Assembly: GCA_964550495.1 (NCBI GenBank)
Contig: CAZJZO010000001.1
Span: forward strand, 6,925 to 70,924
DNA: 64,000 bases
Reading direction: 5' to 3'
Origin: an uncultured Porphyrobacter sp.
GTDB lineage: Bacteria; Pseudomonadota; Alphaproteobacteria; Sphingomonadales; Sphingomonadaceae
Part shown: piece by piece, positions 1 through 9,184 of the stretch
How positions within the stretch are numbered: position 1 is the first letter of the stretch
How the letters are laid out: every line of letters begins with the position of its first letter
Notes under the pieces: generated by a model
Told to the model about the DNA's origin: nothing
Databases searched by the model: none
What the model saw: only the letters and a program-made list of their open reading frames with translations
Translations under genes and position numbers: made by a program

Positions 1-1
1 T

Positions 2-1438
2 GGCGCATCCGCCGCCGCAGTCAATGCAACAGCCATCGGCCAAGGCGCTTCGGTAACCGGCACCGGCAGCGGCACTGCCGTTGGACAGGGAGCGACCTCG
101 ATCGATGGGAACACCGCGATAGGCCAGGGAGCGAACGGCAGCGGCAGTGCCGCAACCGCGATTGGCCGCCTCGCCAATGCCACCATGACATTCTCCACCG
201 CGGTCGGGCAGACGTCGAACGCAACCGGACAGTTCTCCACTGCCATCGGCGTGAACTCGGTTTCGTCGGGCGACAATACCGCTTCGGTCGGGACGAACTC
301 GGGTGCCACCGGCAACAGTGCATCAGCATTCGGCGACCAGGCCCGCGCGGAGGGTAACAACAGCACTGCCGTGGGTCAGGGCTCGAACGCTTCGATGGAT
401 GGCGCGGTCGCGGTTGGCCAAGGGTCCGAGGCCACCGCCATGATGGCGATTTCGATCGGCAATGTCTCAGACGCAACCGGAACCGCCGCTATCGCGATCG
501 GCGGTGACGGCGATGATGGCGATGCCAACGGCGCGCAGGCTCTGGGCACGCAGACAACCTCGGTTGGCGCGGATGCATTTGCGGCGGGGCTGAACACCAC
601 CGCGCTCGGTGCGGGCACGCTCGCGACCGGAGTGCAATCGACAGCCGTCGGTGCCGGCGCAGGGGCCAACGGTGTAGGCGCGCTAGCGTTCGGTGCTTTC
701 AGCCAGGCTCAAGGCAATTTCTCGACCTCGCTCGGTTATGCCAGCTTCGCGCCCGCCTTGCAGTCGACCGCAATCGGCAGCGCTTCCCAAGCGACGGGTG
801 AGAATGCCACCGCGATCGGACGCGCCGCCCTCGCCCGCGCCAATGGCGCGACTGCGATCGGGAATGGAGCGACCGCCGACTTCACCAACTCGACCGCGGT
901 GGGCAAGGACGCAACAACTACAGCAGCCGATCAGGTGACGCTCGGCGGCGCGGGCAGCTCGGTCCGGATCGGCGACATTGCCGCCAGCACGGCCGCGCAG
1001 TCCGGCCCGGTCGAGGCTGTAACGGTCGATGGCGACGGGGTGCTCGGTACAACGGCGGTCGCAAGCGCCGCCTCGGTACAGAATGTGCGCGTGTCCCTTA
1101 ACGCGCTGGCAGAAGTCAGCGACGCGCAATTCGACGCTTTGGCCGGACGAGTAACTTCGCTCGAAGGCCAGGGCGCGGGCGTGTTCGACCTCGCCAACAC
1201 AATCGATCGCGACGCCCAGCGCGGGATCGCCTCGATCGCAGCGCAGGCGCACCCGCACTTCCCGAGCGAAGCCGGACGGACGAGCTACGCCGCCAACACC
1301 GCGATCTATCGCGGCGAGGTTGGCTTCTCCCTGGGCCTGATGCACCGGCTCGAAGGCGACTTCGCAGTGACCGCAGGCGTCTCCTATGCTGGCGGCAATT
1401 CGACCGCTGCGCGCGTAGGAATCGCCGGGGAGTTCTGA
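2..1438 (+). CDS. YadA-like trimeric autotransporter adhesin 1 (5' end outside window)
   Basis: Frame is open from base 2 (GASAAAVNATAIGQGA...) into ORF 185..1438. It has about 14-residue head repeats (xxxAIGxxAxA), a neck (QVTLGGAGSSVRIG) and a C-terminal anchor ending in F (ARVGIAGEF). Confidence 0.9.
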   Translation, partial: GASAAAVNATAIGQGASVTGTGSGTAVGQGATSIDGNTAIGQGANGSGSAATAIGRLANATMTFSTAVGQTSNATGQFSTAIGVNSVSSGDNTASVGTNSGATGNSASAFGDQARAEGNNSTAVGQGSNASMDGAVAVGQGSEATAMMAISIGNVSDATGTAAIAIGGDGDDGDANGAQALGTQTTSVGADAFAAGLNTTALGAGTLATGVQSTAVGAGAGANGVGALAFGAFSQAQGNFSTSLGYASFAPALQSTAIGSASQATGENATAIGRAALARANGATAIGNGATADFTNSTAVGKDATTTAADQVTLGGAGSSVRIGDIAASTAAQSGPVEAVTVDGDGVLGTTAVASAASVQNVRVSLNALAEVSDAQFDALAGRVTSLEGQGAGVFDLANTIDRDAQRGIASIAAQAHPHFPSEAGRTSYAANTAIYRGEVGFSLGLMHRLEGDFAVTAGVSYAGGNSTAARVGIAGEF

Positions 1439-1446
1439 TTTCGAAG

Positions 1447-1480
1447 CGGCGGGCGTCCAGGCAGCATGGGCGCCCGCTCG
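1447..1480 (+). terminator. Stem-loop after adhesin 1, probable terminator
   Basis: GCGGGCGTCCA-ggcagca-TGGGCGCCCGC with one G-U pair, about 10 nt after the stop; U-tract is weak. Confidence 0.5.
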
Positions 1481-1669
1481 CGTCAACTCATTTCAACATG
1501 CCAGCCGTGATCGAGATCACGAACCATTAGTACGAATCCGTGCCATCAATCGGTAGACCGCAAACAGGATAACATTCGAATGGGCGGTTTGCCGGGTTTC
1601 AATCCAGGCAGGCTCGGCGGGTAGAGTGGCAATCGCGCCGCCCCTTCGGTGAAACTGAAGGGAGCTGCA

Positions 1670-4240
1670 ATGAAGAACTCACTACTGCTGACCACCGCCC
1701 TTACGCTGGGTCTCGCGACTTCACTGGCGATGCCAACCGAACAGGCCCGGGCAGACGATTGCCTGCTCGATCGGAATGACGATGGCATCGTCGACACCAC
1801 CAACACCTCGCCGCCAGACGGGGATGGTGGGGCCGGCTCCGACAATGATGACGACAACCTCGCCTGCGGTGTGGGCGCAAATGCCAGTGGGCCCAACACC
1901 ACGGCGGTTGGGTCCGAAGCCAATGCCGCAAGCACTGGTGCAACCGTCGTCGGCTCCGACGCGACCGCCACCGGCGTTCGCGCCAGTTCTCTTGGTCGAC
2001 TCGCCGATGCGACGGGCGAAGATTCGACGGCGGTGGGTTCTGCATCGCAAGCCGATGGGATCCGGTCGATTGCGATTGGTCGCATAGCCACGACTTCGTC
2101 GTCATCAACGGATGCCATCGCAATCGGATCGAGTTCTTCCGTCAACGGTGTTTCCGCAACGGCAGTAGGCGCAGGGACGGTCGCGGGCACCGGTTCAACG
2201 GCACTTGGAGTCAACGCCGACGCCGACACCAACGGAACCGCCGTAGGCAATGGAACCGAAGCCTTCGGCGGAGGCAGCGTCGCCGTGGGCCTCAGCGCAT
2301 CGGCCATGCAATCCGGTGCGATCGCAATCGGATCGTCTGCCGTCACCAACACTTCCGGCAATGTTGCGATCGGTCAGGCCGCCACGACAACTGGCGATGG
2401 CAATGTGTCGATTGGCAATGCCAGCCGCGCAACCGTGTCGGGCTCCGTCGCGATTGGCGGCGATACCGGCGACGCAGATTCTCTAGGTGCTGCGGCAACC
2501 GGAGCTTCGTCGACGGCCATCGGTGCAAACGCGACTGCCTCCGGAGCGAACGCCACTGCGCTCGGCGAAAGCAGCAACGCCATCCTTGAAGAAACGACGG
2601 CCGTCGGATCGAACTCCGGCGCGCTGACAGCGAGGGACACCGCCTTGGGCTATTTCGCGCAAGCAATGGGTGGAAACAGCGTGGCGATTGGCGCCGCTTC
2701 CGTTGCCGATACCGCCAACACAGTCTCGGTCGGCAACTCGACCTTGCAACGGCGGATCGTGAATGTCGCTGATGGAACCAGCCCCAGCGACGCAGCCACG
2801 GTAGGACAGCTCAACATCGCCATCGCCGGCGTCGTGTCCACTGCCGATGCGAATACAGCCGAACTGCAATTCCTGGCATCCGATCCGGCGGGCGATCCCG
2901 CTAGCGCCTCGGGAGACGGCGCACTGGCAATTGGGGACACGGCTTCGGCCATGAATGAGGGAAGCATCGCAATTGGAAGGAATTCCGAGGCGGACGGTGC
3001 AGTCACATTGGCTCTCGGAAGCGGCGCAACGGCCAGGGACCGCGAATCCATTGCCGTCGGTAACGATGCCTTGGCGCAATCCAATGCCGCTATCGCAATT
3101 GGCGACCGGTCGAAAGCAACTCGAATCTCCTCGCTCGCGGTCGGCGACCGGGCACAGGCTACAGGCGCCTTGTCGATTGCGTTGGGGGGCAACGATGAGG
3201 CCGAAGCCGATACTGTCGGAGCCACAGCGTCAGGCGACCGAGCAATCGCTATCGGAGGGGACACGCGTGCCTCCCAAACAGGCTCGATCGCGATCGGAGG
3301 TGACGGCGACGATACGGACCGCGAAGGTGCTCAGGCCACCGGCATTCAAAGCGCGGCAATTGGCGTCGATGCGACGGCGAGTGGACTGAACACGACCGCG
3401 CTGGGAGCCGGAGCACGGGCTTCGGGTGTACAATCGAGTGCGGTTGGAGCGGGAGCCGGGGCCAGTGGCGTCGGCACGCTGGCATTCGGCTCGTTCGCAC
3501 AAGCGCGCGAAAATCTCTCGACCGCGCTCGGATACGCCAGTTTCGCTGCGGCATCGCAGTCCACCGCTATCGGCAACTCTTCCGAAGCACTCGGCGCGAG
3601 TTCCACGGCAATCGGGTTCGATGCCGCGGCCCGCGCATCCAACGCCACGGCGATCGGTTCGGGTGCAACTGCGAACCAGTTCGCCGCGACAGCGATCGGT
3701 AACGGCGCGACCACTACGGCTGCCAACCAAGTGACGCTTGGCGGGTCCGGCAGCGCTGTCCGGATCGGCGACATTGCGGCCAGCACGGCAGCGCAGGATC
3801 AGCAAGGCCCGATCGATGTCGTCACCGTCGATCAGAATGGCGTACTCGGTCGCCAGCAGGCAGCCACCGCAGCCTCGGTGCAGAATGTCCGCACCTCTCT
3901 CAATGCATTGTCGCAAGTCTCCGAGGCGCAGTTCGGTCAGCTGGAAACCAGCGTGCTCGCGCTCGATAGGCGGGTAACCGGGCTCGAGTTTCAGCTTCAG
4001 GATGTCGACGAGCGCCTTACCGGCGGGATTGCGGCCTCGATGGCACTCGGCGGGCAGATGGTTGTGCCGGATTCCAACATCTCATTCAGCCTCAGCGCCT
4101 CGACCTATCAGGGCGAGCAGGGCTTCGCCGGGTCGGTCTCGGCGCGGGTCGCGGAAAAGGTCTACATCTCGGCCGGTATTGCCGGATCGACCGCGCCCGA
4201 CAGCACCGGCGGGCGGGTCGGGGTGGCATTCGGGTTCTAG
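1670..4240 (+). CDS. YadA-like trimeric autotransporter adhesin 2
   Basis: ATG 1670 follows SD AAGGGAG. Signal peptide MKNSLLLTTALTLGLATSLAMP..ARA, head repeats, stalk motif RRIVNVADGTSPSDAATVGQL, and anchor ending GRVGVAFGF. Confidence 0.92.
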   Translation: MKNSLLLTTALTLGLATSLAMPTEQARADDCLLDRNDDGIVDTTNTSPPDGDGGAGSDNDDDNLACGVGANASGPNTTAVGSEANAASTGATVVGSDATATGVRASSLGRLADATGEDSTAVGSASQADGIRSIAIGRIATTSSSSTDAIAIGSSSSVNGVSATAVGAGTVAGTGSTALGVNADADTNGTAVGNGTEAFGGGSVAVGLSASAMQSGAIAIGSSAVTNTSGNVAIGQAATTTGDGNVSIGNASRATVSGSVAIGGDTGDADSLGAAATGASSTAIGANATASGANATALGESSNAILEETTAVGSNSGALTARDTALGYFAQAMGGNSVAIGAASVADTANTVSVGNSTLQRRIVNVADGTSPSDAATVGQLNIAIAGVVSTADANTAELQFLASDPAGDPASASGDGALAIGDTASAMNEGSIAIGRNSEADGAVTLALGSGATARDRESIAVGNDALAQSNAAIAIGDRSKATRISSLAVGDRAQATGALSIALGGNDEAEADTVGATASGDRAIAIGGDTRASQTGSIAIGGDGDDTDREGAQATGIQSAAIGVDATASGLNTTALGAGARASGVQSSAVGAGAGASGVGTLAFGSFAQARENLSTALGYASFAAASQSTAIGNSSEALGASSTAIGFDAAARASNATAIGSGATANQFAATAIGNGATTTAANQVTLGGSGSAVRIGDIAASTAAQDQQGPIDVVTVDQNGVLGRQQAATAASVQNVRTSLNALSQVSEAQFGQLETSVLALDRRVTGLEFQLQDVDERLTGGIAASMALGGQMVVPDSNISFSLSASTYQGEQGFAGSVSARVAEKVYISAGIAGSTAPDSTGGRVGVAFGF

Positions 4241-4472
4241 TGGCCAAGCCGCCTGATTGACCGCGCGGGGGTTAGCGATCCTCCGAGACACCGGCTTCGC
4301 CGTTGAAAAGATTAGGCATGCCAAGCGCGGCGGTCTTCGCTATCCCTTCAGAGCCAATTCGGCTTTCGAAGGGATAGGGAGGGTCGGTCGAGTTTGTTCA
4401 TCGACGGCTTGTGCCGTCCGGTCGGGTCGCCACACGACCGCCCCTCCATCACGTATGGAAGGGGAACTCGAA

Positions 4473-6947
4473 ATGAAGAACACACTGTTGCTGACCACCG
4501 CGCTGACCATGGGCGTCATGGTTTCACTCGCCACACCGCTCGATCCGGCAGGAGCGCAGGATGAAGCAACGTCCGCGGAGGGGACCGGCGAGGAGGAAGG
4601 TGAGGAAACCAGCGTGGTCGGTCCCGAACCCGAGGGTGCGGGCGCAGCCTGTGAGGAAAGCCCCGGCCTTGAATGCGGATCGGGATCTTCGACATTCGCC
4701 AGTTCCTCCACAGCCGTTGGCAATGGTGCCAGCGCCAGCGCCGGATTTGCCAGCGCCTTCGGAAGCGATTCCGATGCCTCGGGAGAGCGCACCATCTCGA
4801 TTGGCCGAATATCGGAGGCGAGCGGCAACGACTCTTCAGCAGTAGGCCACTTTGCGGTAGCCAGCGGAATCCAGTCGACCGCGCTCGGTCAAGGGGCCGA
4901 TGCGACGGCGGCACAGTCCACCGCCATTGGCCAGGATTCGCTCGCCAACGGCGTCGGTTCGCTGTCGGTCGGCCGCAGTTCGGACGCGCTTGGAATAGGC
5001 TCGGTGGCTGTCGGTGGCGACGGCACAGATGCCGGGGTCGATGGCGCACGCGCAGTGTTCAACGATTCAACCGCAGTCGGTGCAGACACCTTCGCAAACG
5101 CCTTGTTCGCGACTGCCGTCGGCGCCCGTGCACAATCGACAGGCACGCGTGCAGTGGCAGTCGGCTCGGAAGCGAATGCCAGTGCCGAACAAACGGTCGC
5201 GGTAGGCAATGCATCGGTGGCAAGCACCGCCGGAAGCGTTGCGATCGGCGGCGACAACGATGATGGCGATGCGCTCGGTGCGCAGGCCACGGGAGACGAT
5301 TCCGTGGCTATCGGCAGCGACGCGGTAGCCTCTGGCGCGCGCTCAACTGCCGTCGGTAACGCCGCCAATGCAACCAACACCGGCAATACCGCTATCGGGC
5401 AATTCTCGATGGCTACCGGGATCAACACGGTCGCTGTCGGGCAGCTCTCAGACGCCAGCGGCAATTTCGGCGTCGCGGTTGGCGTGAACGCGCAGGCACA
5501 GAACACGCGCTCGATCGCATTGGGTGTTTCGGCCGTGGCTTCGGCTGGGGATGCCATCGCGATTGGCGGGCTTTCCGAAGCGTCTGGCACCGACAGTATT
5601 GGGATCGGACAGGACGTCATCGCGTCGGGACTGGCCTCAGTCGCAATCGGCGGAGACAGCGGCGATGGCGGCAGTGACGGCGCGATTGCCTCAGGGAACA
5701 ATTCCACCGCGGTCGGAGCCGACTCCTTGGCCAGCGGCGAGGACGCCACCGCAATTGGGGCGGGCGCACAAGCCGCCGCCTTTGCCACTGCATTCGGCCG
5801 TCTCGCGATCGCCAGCCAGAGCGAAGCTTTGGCGATCGGCCAAAACAGCGATGCTACGGCGGCTGCGGCAGTTGCTGTGGGAACCGATGCGCAGGCGCTC
5901 GGTATCGGTGCGGTTTCACTCGGCCGGCAGGCGAATGCCTCTGCGGGAGACGCTATTGCACTGGGACGATCGAGCGCAGCCAATCAGAGTAGCGCGATCG
6001 CGTTCGGCGCCTTCGCGGAAGCGACCGGGACCGGAGCCCTGGCTTTCGGGGCAAGAAGCGATGCAACCGCAACGGGCGCAATTGCTATTGGGGGAGATGC
6101 GCCGGTTGATCCGGATTCGGACGGCGCAAGCGCTACCGGCGACTTCTCTTTGGCTATTGGACCAGATGCTTCGGCATCAGGCGGGTTGTCCTATGCCCTT
6201 GGTGCAATTTCCAGTTCGAGCGGCACCAACGCCACCGCCATCGGCTCATTCTCGAATGCAGCGGGCGGCTCGTCCTTGTCGATTGGTTCTTCCAGTTCGG
6301 CGACAAGCGATCGATCGACAGCGCTTGGCGCAGCAGCCGACGCCACGGCGGAAAATGCTACCGCACTCGGTGCCAGGGCCAATGCCGGATTTGCGAACTC
6401 AACGGCTCTGGGCGTCGATGCGACCACAACAGCAGCCAATCAGGTCACCTTGGGAGGCGCCGGCAGTTCGGTGCGGATCGGCGACATAGCTGCCAGCACC
6501 GCCGCGCAATCGGGTCCGGTCGAAGCTGTGACTGTCGATGGCAATGGTGTGCTGGGTACCACTTCTGTCGCGTCCGCCGCTTCGGTCGAGAATGTTCGCG
6601 TGTCGCTCAATGCCCTTTCGCAAGTCTCCGAAGCGCAATTCGGCGCGCTGGAAAACAGCGTGCTTGCCTTGGATGGCCGAGTTACCGGGCTCGAATTCCA
6701 GCTGCAAGATGTCGATGAAAGACTGACCGGCGGGATCGCGGCCTCAATGGCGCTGGGCGGTCAAATGGTTGTGCCGGACAGCAACTTCTCGGTCAGCCTC
6801 AACGCCTCAACCTATCAGGGCGAACAGGGATTTGCGGGCTCGGTATCCGCGCGAGTGGCGGAGCGGGTCTATATCTCCGCCGGCATCGCCGGATCGACCG
6901 CACCTGACAGCACCGGTGGCCGCGTAGGCGTTGCGTTCGGCTTCTAG
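4473..6947 (+). CDS. YadA-like trimeric autotransporter adhesin 3
   Basis: ATG 4473 follows GAAGGGGA. N-terminus MKNTLLLTTALTMG is paralogous to adhesin 2; long AIG/AVG head-repeat array; anchor ending GRVGVAFGF. The ORF-track start at 4257 is an extension. Confidence 0.92.
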   Translation: MKNTLLLTTALTMGVMVSLATPLDPAGAQDEATSAEGTGEEEGEETSVVGPEPEGAGAACEESPGLECGSGSSTFASSSTAVGNGASASAGFASAFGSDSDASGERTISIGRISEASGNDSSAVGHFAVASGIQSTALGQGADATAAQSTAIGQDSLANGVGSLSVGRSSDALGIGSVAVGGDGTDAGVDGARAVFNDSTAVGADTFANALFATAVGARAQSTGTRAVAVGSEANASAEQTVAVGNASVASTAGSVAIGGDNDDGDALGAQATGDDSVAIGSDAVASGARSTAVGNAANATNTGNTAIGQFSMATGINTVAVGQLSDASGNFGVAVGVNAQAQNTRSIALGVSAVASAGDAIAIGGLSEASGTDSIGIGQDVIASGLASVAIGGDSGDGGSDGAIASGNNSTAVGADSLASGEDATAIGAGAQAAAFATAFGRLAIASQSEALAIGQNSDATAAAAVAVGTDAQALGIGAVSLGRQANASAGDAIALGRSSAANQSSAIAFGAFAEATGTGALAFGARSDATATGAIAIGGDAPVDPDSDGASATGDFSLAIGPDASASGGLSYALGAISSSSGTNATAIGSFSNAAGGSSLSIGSSSSATSDRSTALGAAADATAENATALGARANAGFANSTALGVDATTTAANQVTLGGAGSSVRIGDIAASTAAQSGPVEAVTVDGNGVLGTTSVASAASVENVRVSLNALSQVSEAQFGALENSVLALDGRVTGLEFQLQDVDERLTGGIAASMALGGQMVVPDSNFSVSLNASTYQGEQGFAGSVSARVAERVYISAGIAGSTAPDSTGGRVGVAFGF

Positions 6948-6964
6948 TCGGCGCTGTATCTGTC

Positions 6965-6991
6965 GGCGGAGTCCGTCACTCGGATTCCGCC
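6965..6991. terminator. Hairpin between convergent genes, probable bidirectional terminator
   Basis: GGCGGAGTCCG-tcact-CGGATTCCGCC; the stop codon of the minus-strand gene lies in the loop. Confidence 0.5.
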
Positions 6992-7542
6992 GTCATCTCC
7001 GCCCATTCCTCCGCAGTGAAGCGCGGGGAGATGTGCTGCGGACAATTCCAGTCGAACCCGACCACATCGATAACAAAGAAGCGCTGAACCTGGGCTTCGT
7101 AGTCCGGATCGACCAGCTCGTTCCACAATTCATGATCGGGGCTTGCGGCCTCCCAACGCGCGGTGCCAATGATCTTGAGGCGTTTGCGGTGCGGATAATC
7201 CATCAGGAACAGCGAGACACGTCCGACATCGTCGATGTTGGCGGCGCTGACAAACTGCCGGTTGCCACCGAAATCGGCGAAGCCCAGTCGGTTGCCGGGG
7301 AGCGGCTTGAGAAATCCCTTGGGACCGCCGCGATGTTGTACGTATGGCCACCCATCCTCGGTCACGCTGGCGATGTAGAAGCTGTCGCGCTGGGCAATGA
7401 AACCGGCTTCGCGGGCCGAGAGTTGATCGTCACCCTCTTCGCCGCGTTCGATCATCTTGGCATAGGCGTCACGCGATCCGTCCGCCTCCTGCAATTCGAA
7501 CGCTCTCTTGCCAAACAATTGGCGCATGAAGTTCGCCGCCAT
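6976..7542 (-). CDS. Pyridoxamine 5'-phosphate oxidase-like FMN-binding protein
   Basis: Motifs FYIASVTEDGWPYVQHRGGPKGFL, LGFADFGGNRQF and FDWNCPQHI. Confidence 0.85.
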   Translation of the reverse strand: MAANFMRQLFGKRAFELQEADGSRDAYAKMIERGEEGDDQLSAREAGFIAQRDSFYIASVTEDGWPYVQHRGGPKGFLKPLPGNRLGFADFGGNRQFVSAANIDDVGRVSLFLMDYPHRKRLKIIGTARWEAASPDHELWNELVDPDYEAQVQRFFVIDVVGFDWNCPQHISPRFTAEEWAEMTAESE

Positions 7543-7664
7543 GATATCGCTCCTTTGCTAAGCCTTGGGACAGACGGGATGTGGCGCGCGAAACGTGGAT
7601 CGCCACTGAGGGTTGCTTGTCGGTGACAAAGCGCAATTTGGATCGCTTAGCCGAACCATCGCAG

Positions 7665-8252
7665 TCAGACGAAATAGCGTTCGAATAGTTTCGGCACTTC
7701 GTGCGAGGCGCGGCGGACCAGCTCCACTCCGCGGTCCGAGCGCCCTAGCACTGCCTGGCCGCGCACTTGAGTCATCACAATTGCAGCGAGCGTGTCAGGA
7801 TCCGCGTCGACGCTCAGCCTGCCGGCGTCGCGCCATCGCTTGAAGGCTGCGACGAGGCCATCATGCTGTTGTTCGATCAATCCGCTCATCAGGTCGCCGA
7901 GCTCGACCTGGCGATTGGCGAGCTCCTGTTGGCCACCCGCGACCAGGCAACCCGAAGGCCTGTCCGCATCGAGCAGGATCGCGGCCTGCGCATTGAAGAA
8001 GTCGTGCAGGGCCGTGCGCGGATCGTCCTGATCGAGTGTGGCCAGCAAGCGCTGCGACACGGCCGAATCGTAATGGTCGAGCGCGAGTTCAAACATCGCG
8101 TCCTTGTTGCCGAACGCATTGTAAAGGCTCTGACGCTTGAGGCCGGTTGCAGCTTCCAGTGTCTGAATCGAGGTCGCTTCATAGCCATTCTCCCAGAACG
8201 TATTGGTAATCTTTCCAACGACTTCTGAGCGATCGAACGAGGCAGAGCGCAT
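7665..8252 (-). CDS. TetR/AcrR family transcriptional regulator
   Basis: N-terminal HTH FWENGYEATSIQTLEAATGLKRQSLYNAFGNK; C-terminal GCL motif. Confidence 0.9.
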   Translation of the reverse strand: MRSASFDRSEVVGKITNTFWENGYEATSIQTLEAATGLKRQSLYNAFGNKDAMFELALDHYDSAVSQRLLATLDQDDPRTALHDFFNAQAAILLDADRPSGCLVAGGQQELANRQVELGDLMSGLIEQQHDGLVAAFKRWRDAGRLSVDADPDTLAAIVMTQVRGQAVLGRSDRGVELVRRASHEVPKLFERYFV

Positions 8253-8254
8253 GT

Positions 8255-8330
8255 TTTTGACCTTTCGTTCAAAATTATTCTTGACTGATCGATAAAGTAC
8301 ACCTAGCTCTTCTTTACCGATCAGTCAAGA
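8255..8330. promoter_or_regulatory. Probable TetR operators in the divergent tetR/SDR promoter
   Basis: 19-bp inverted arms TCTTGACTGATCGATAAAG (8279-8297) and CTTTACCGATCAGTCAAGA (8312-8330), one mismatch. A third related site, TTTTGACCTTTCGTTCAAAA, lies at 8255-8274. Confidence 0.7.
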
Positions 8331-8346
8331 ACTAGGAGTGCTTACC

Positions 8347-9114
8347 ATGTCCAACACCACCAACTCAGCTCGCCTCGCAGGCAAAAAGGCCGTCATTACC
8401 GGTGGCACCACCGGCCTTGGTCTCGCCACAGCCAAACGTTACCTCGAAGAAGGCGCCGAAGTGATCATCACTGGGCGCAAGCAGGAAGGAATCGACAAGG
8501 CCCTCGCCGAACTTGGCGACAATGCGCGCGGATTCGTCGCCGATTCGACCTCGCTCGCCGATCTCGCCGCGCTGGCCGACTTTGCCAAATCGCAATTCGG
8601 CACAGTCGACATTCTGTTCGCCAACGCCGGCAACGGAATGTTCGCGCCGATCGATCAAGTCGACGAAGCGCTGTACGCTCGCCAATTCGATCTCAATGTC
8701 AAAGGCGCATTCTTCACCGTGCAGACGTTCCTTCCCGCCCTGTCGGATGCGAGTTCGGTGATCCTTACCGCATCGGCCGTCCACGCCAAGGGCGCGCCCG
8801 GCGGCACGCTCTACTTCGCCAGCAAAGCAGCCGTGCGATCCTTTGCGCGGACGATGGCCGCCGAACTTGGTGGCCGCGGCATCCGGGTCAACACGATCAG
8901 CCCCGGCATTGTCCCGACGGCATTCTTCAAGAACTCCAACGCGCCCGAAGAGCTCTACAATGACTTCGAAGCATTGGCCGGTCACGGTGCGCCGCTTGGT
9001 CGCGCAGGCAAGCCAATCGAAATCGCGGAAGTAGCGGTGTTCCTCGGCTCGGACGAAGCCAGCTTTGTCACTGCCGCCGACTATGTCGTCGATGGCGGCT
9101 GGATGAACGTCTGA
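8347..9114 (+). CDS. SDR family NAD(P)-dependent oxidoreductase
   Basis: TGGTTGLG Rossmann motif, NAG motif and YxxxK (YFASK); AGGAG SD 8 nt before ATG 8347. Confidence 0.92.
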   Translation: MSNTTNSARLAGKKAVITGGTTGLGLATAKRYLEEGAEVIITGRKQEGIDKALAELGDNARGFVADSTSLADLAALADFAKSQFGTVDILFANAGNGMFAPIDQVDEALYARQFDLNVKGAFFTVQTFLPALSDASSVILTASAVHAKGAPGGTLYFASKAAVRSFARTMAAELGGRGIRVNTISPGIVPTAFFKNSNAPEELYNDFEALAGHGAPLGRAGKPIEIAEVAVFLGSDEASFVTAADYVVDGGWMNV

Positions 9115-9134
9115 TCAAACCGGAACATTGTTCA

Positions 9135-9168
9135 GAAAGTCGCGGGAACACTGTTTCCCGCGACTTTC
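9135..9168. terminator. Bidirectional intrinsic terminator
   Basis: Perfect 14-bp stem GAAAGTCGCGGGAA / TTCCCGCGACTTTC between convergent genes. Confidence 0.75.
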
Positions 9169-9184
9169 CGTGGCTTTCAAAGTG

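Noticed and set aside
1500-1669. Possible c-di-GMP riboswitch upstream of adhesin 2
   Set aside because: The GEMM (class I) and class II consensus elements could not be matched by eye; kept only as an unclassified structured leader.
21-6707. Many long antisense or alternate-frame ORFs over the adhesin genes (e.g. 683..1486, 1546..2361, 4889..5983)
   Set aside because: Shadow ORFs produced by GC-rich, Ala/Gly/Ser-repetitive coding sequence; no independent motifs or SD.
2-6947. Periodic repeats considered as a CRISPR array or DGR-type template/variable repeats
   Set aside because: The periodicity is at protein level (about 14 aa) with synonymous divergence. There are no identical DNA repeats with unique spacers, no cas or reverse transcriptase gene, and no adenine-specific mismatch pattern.
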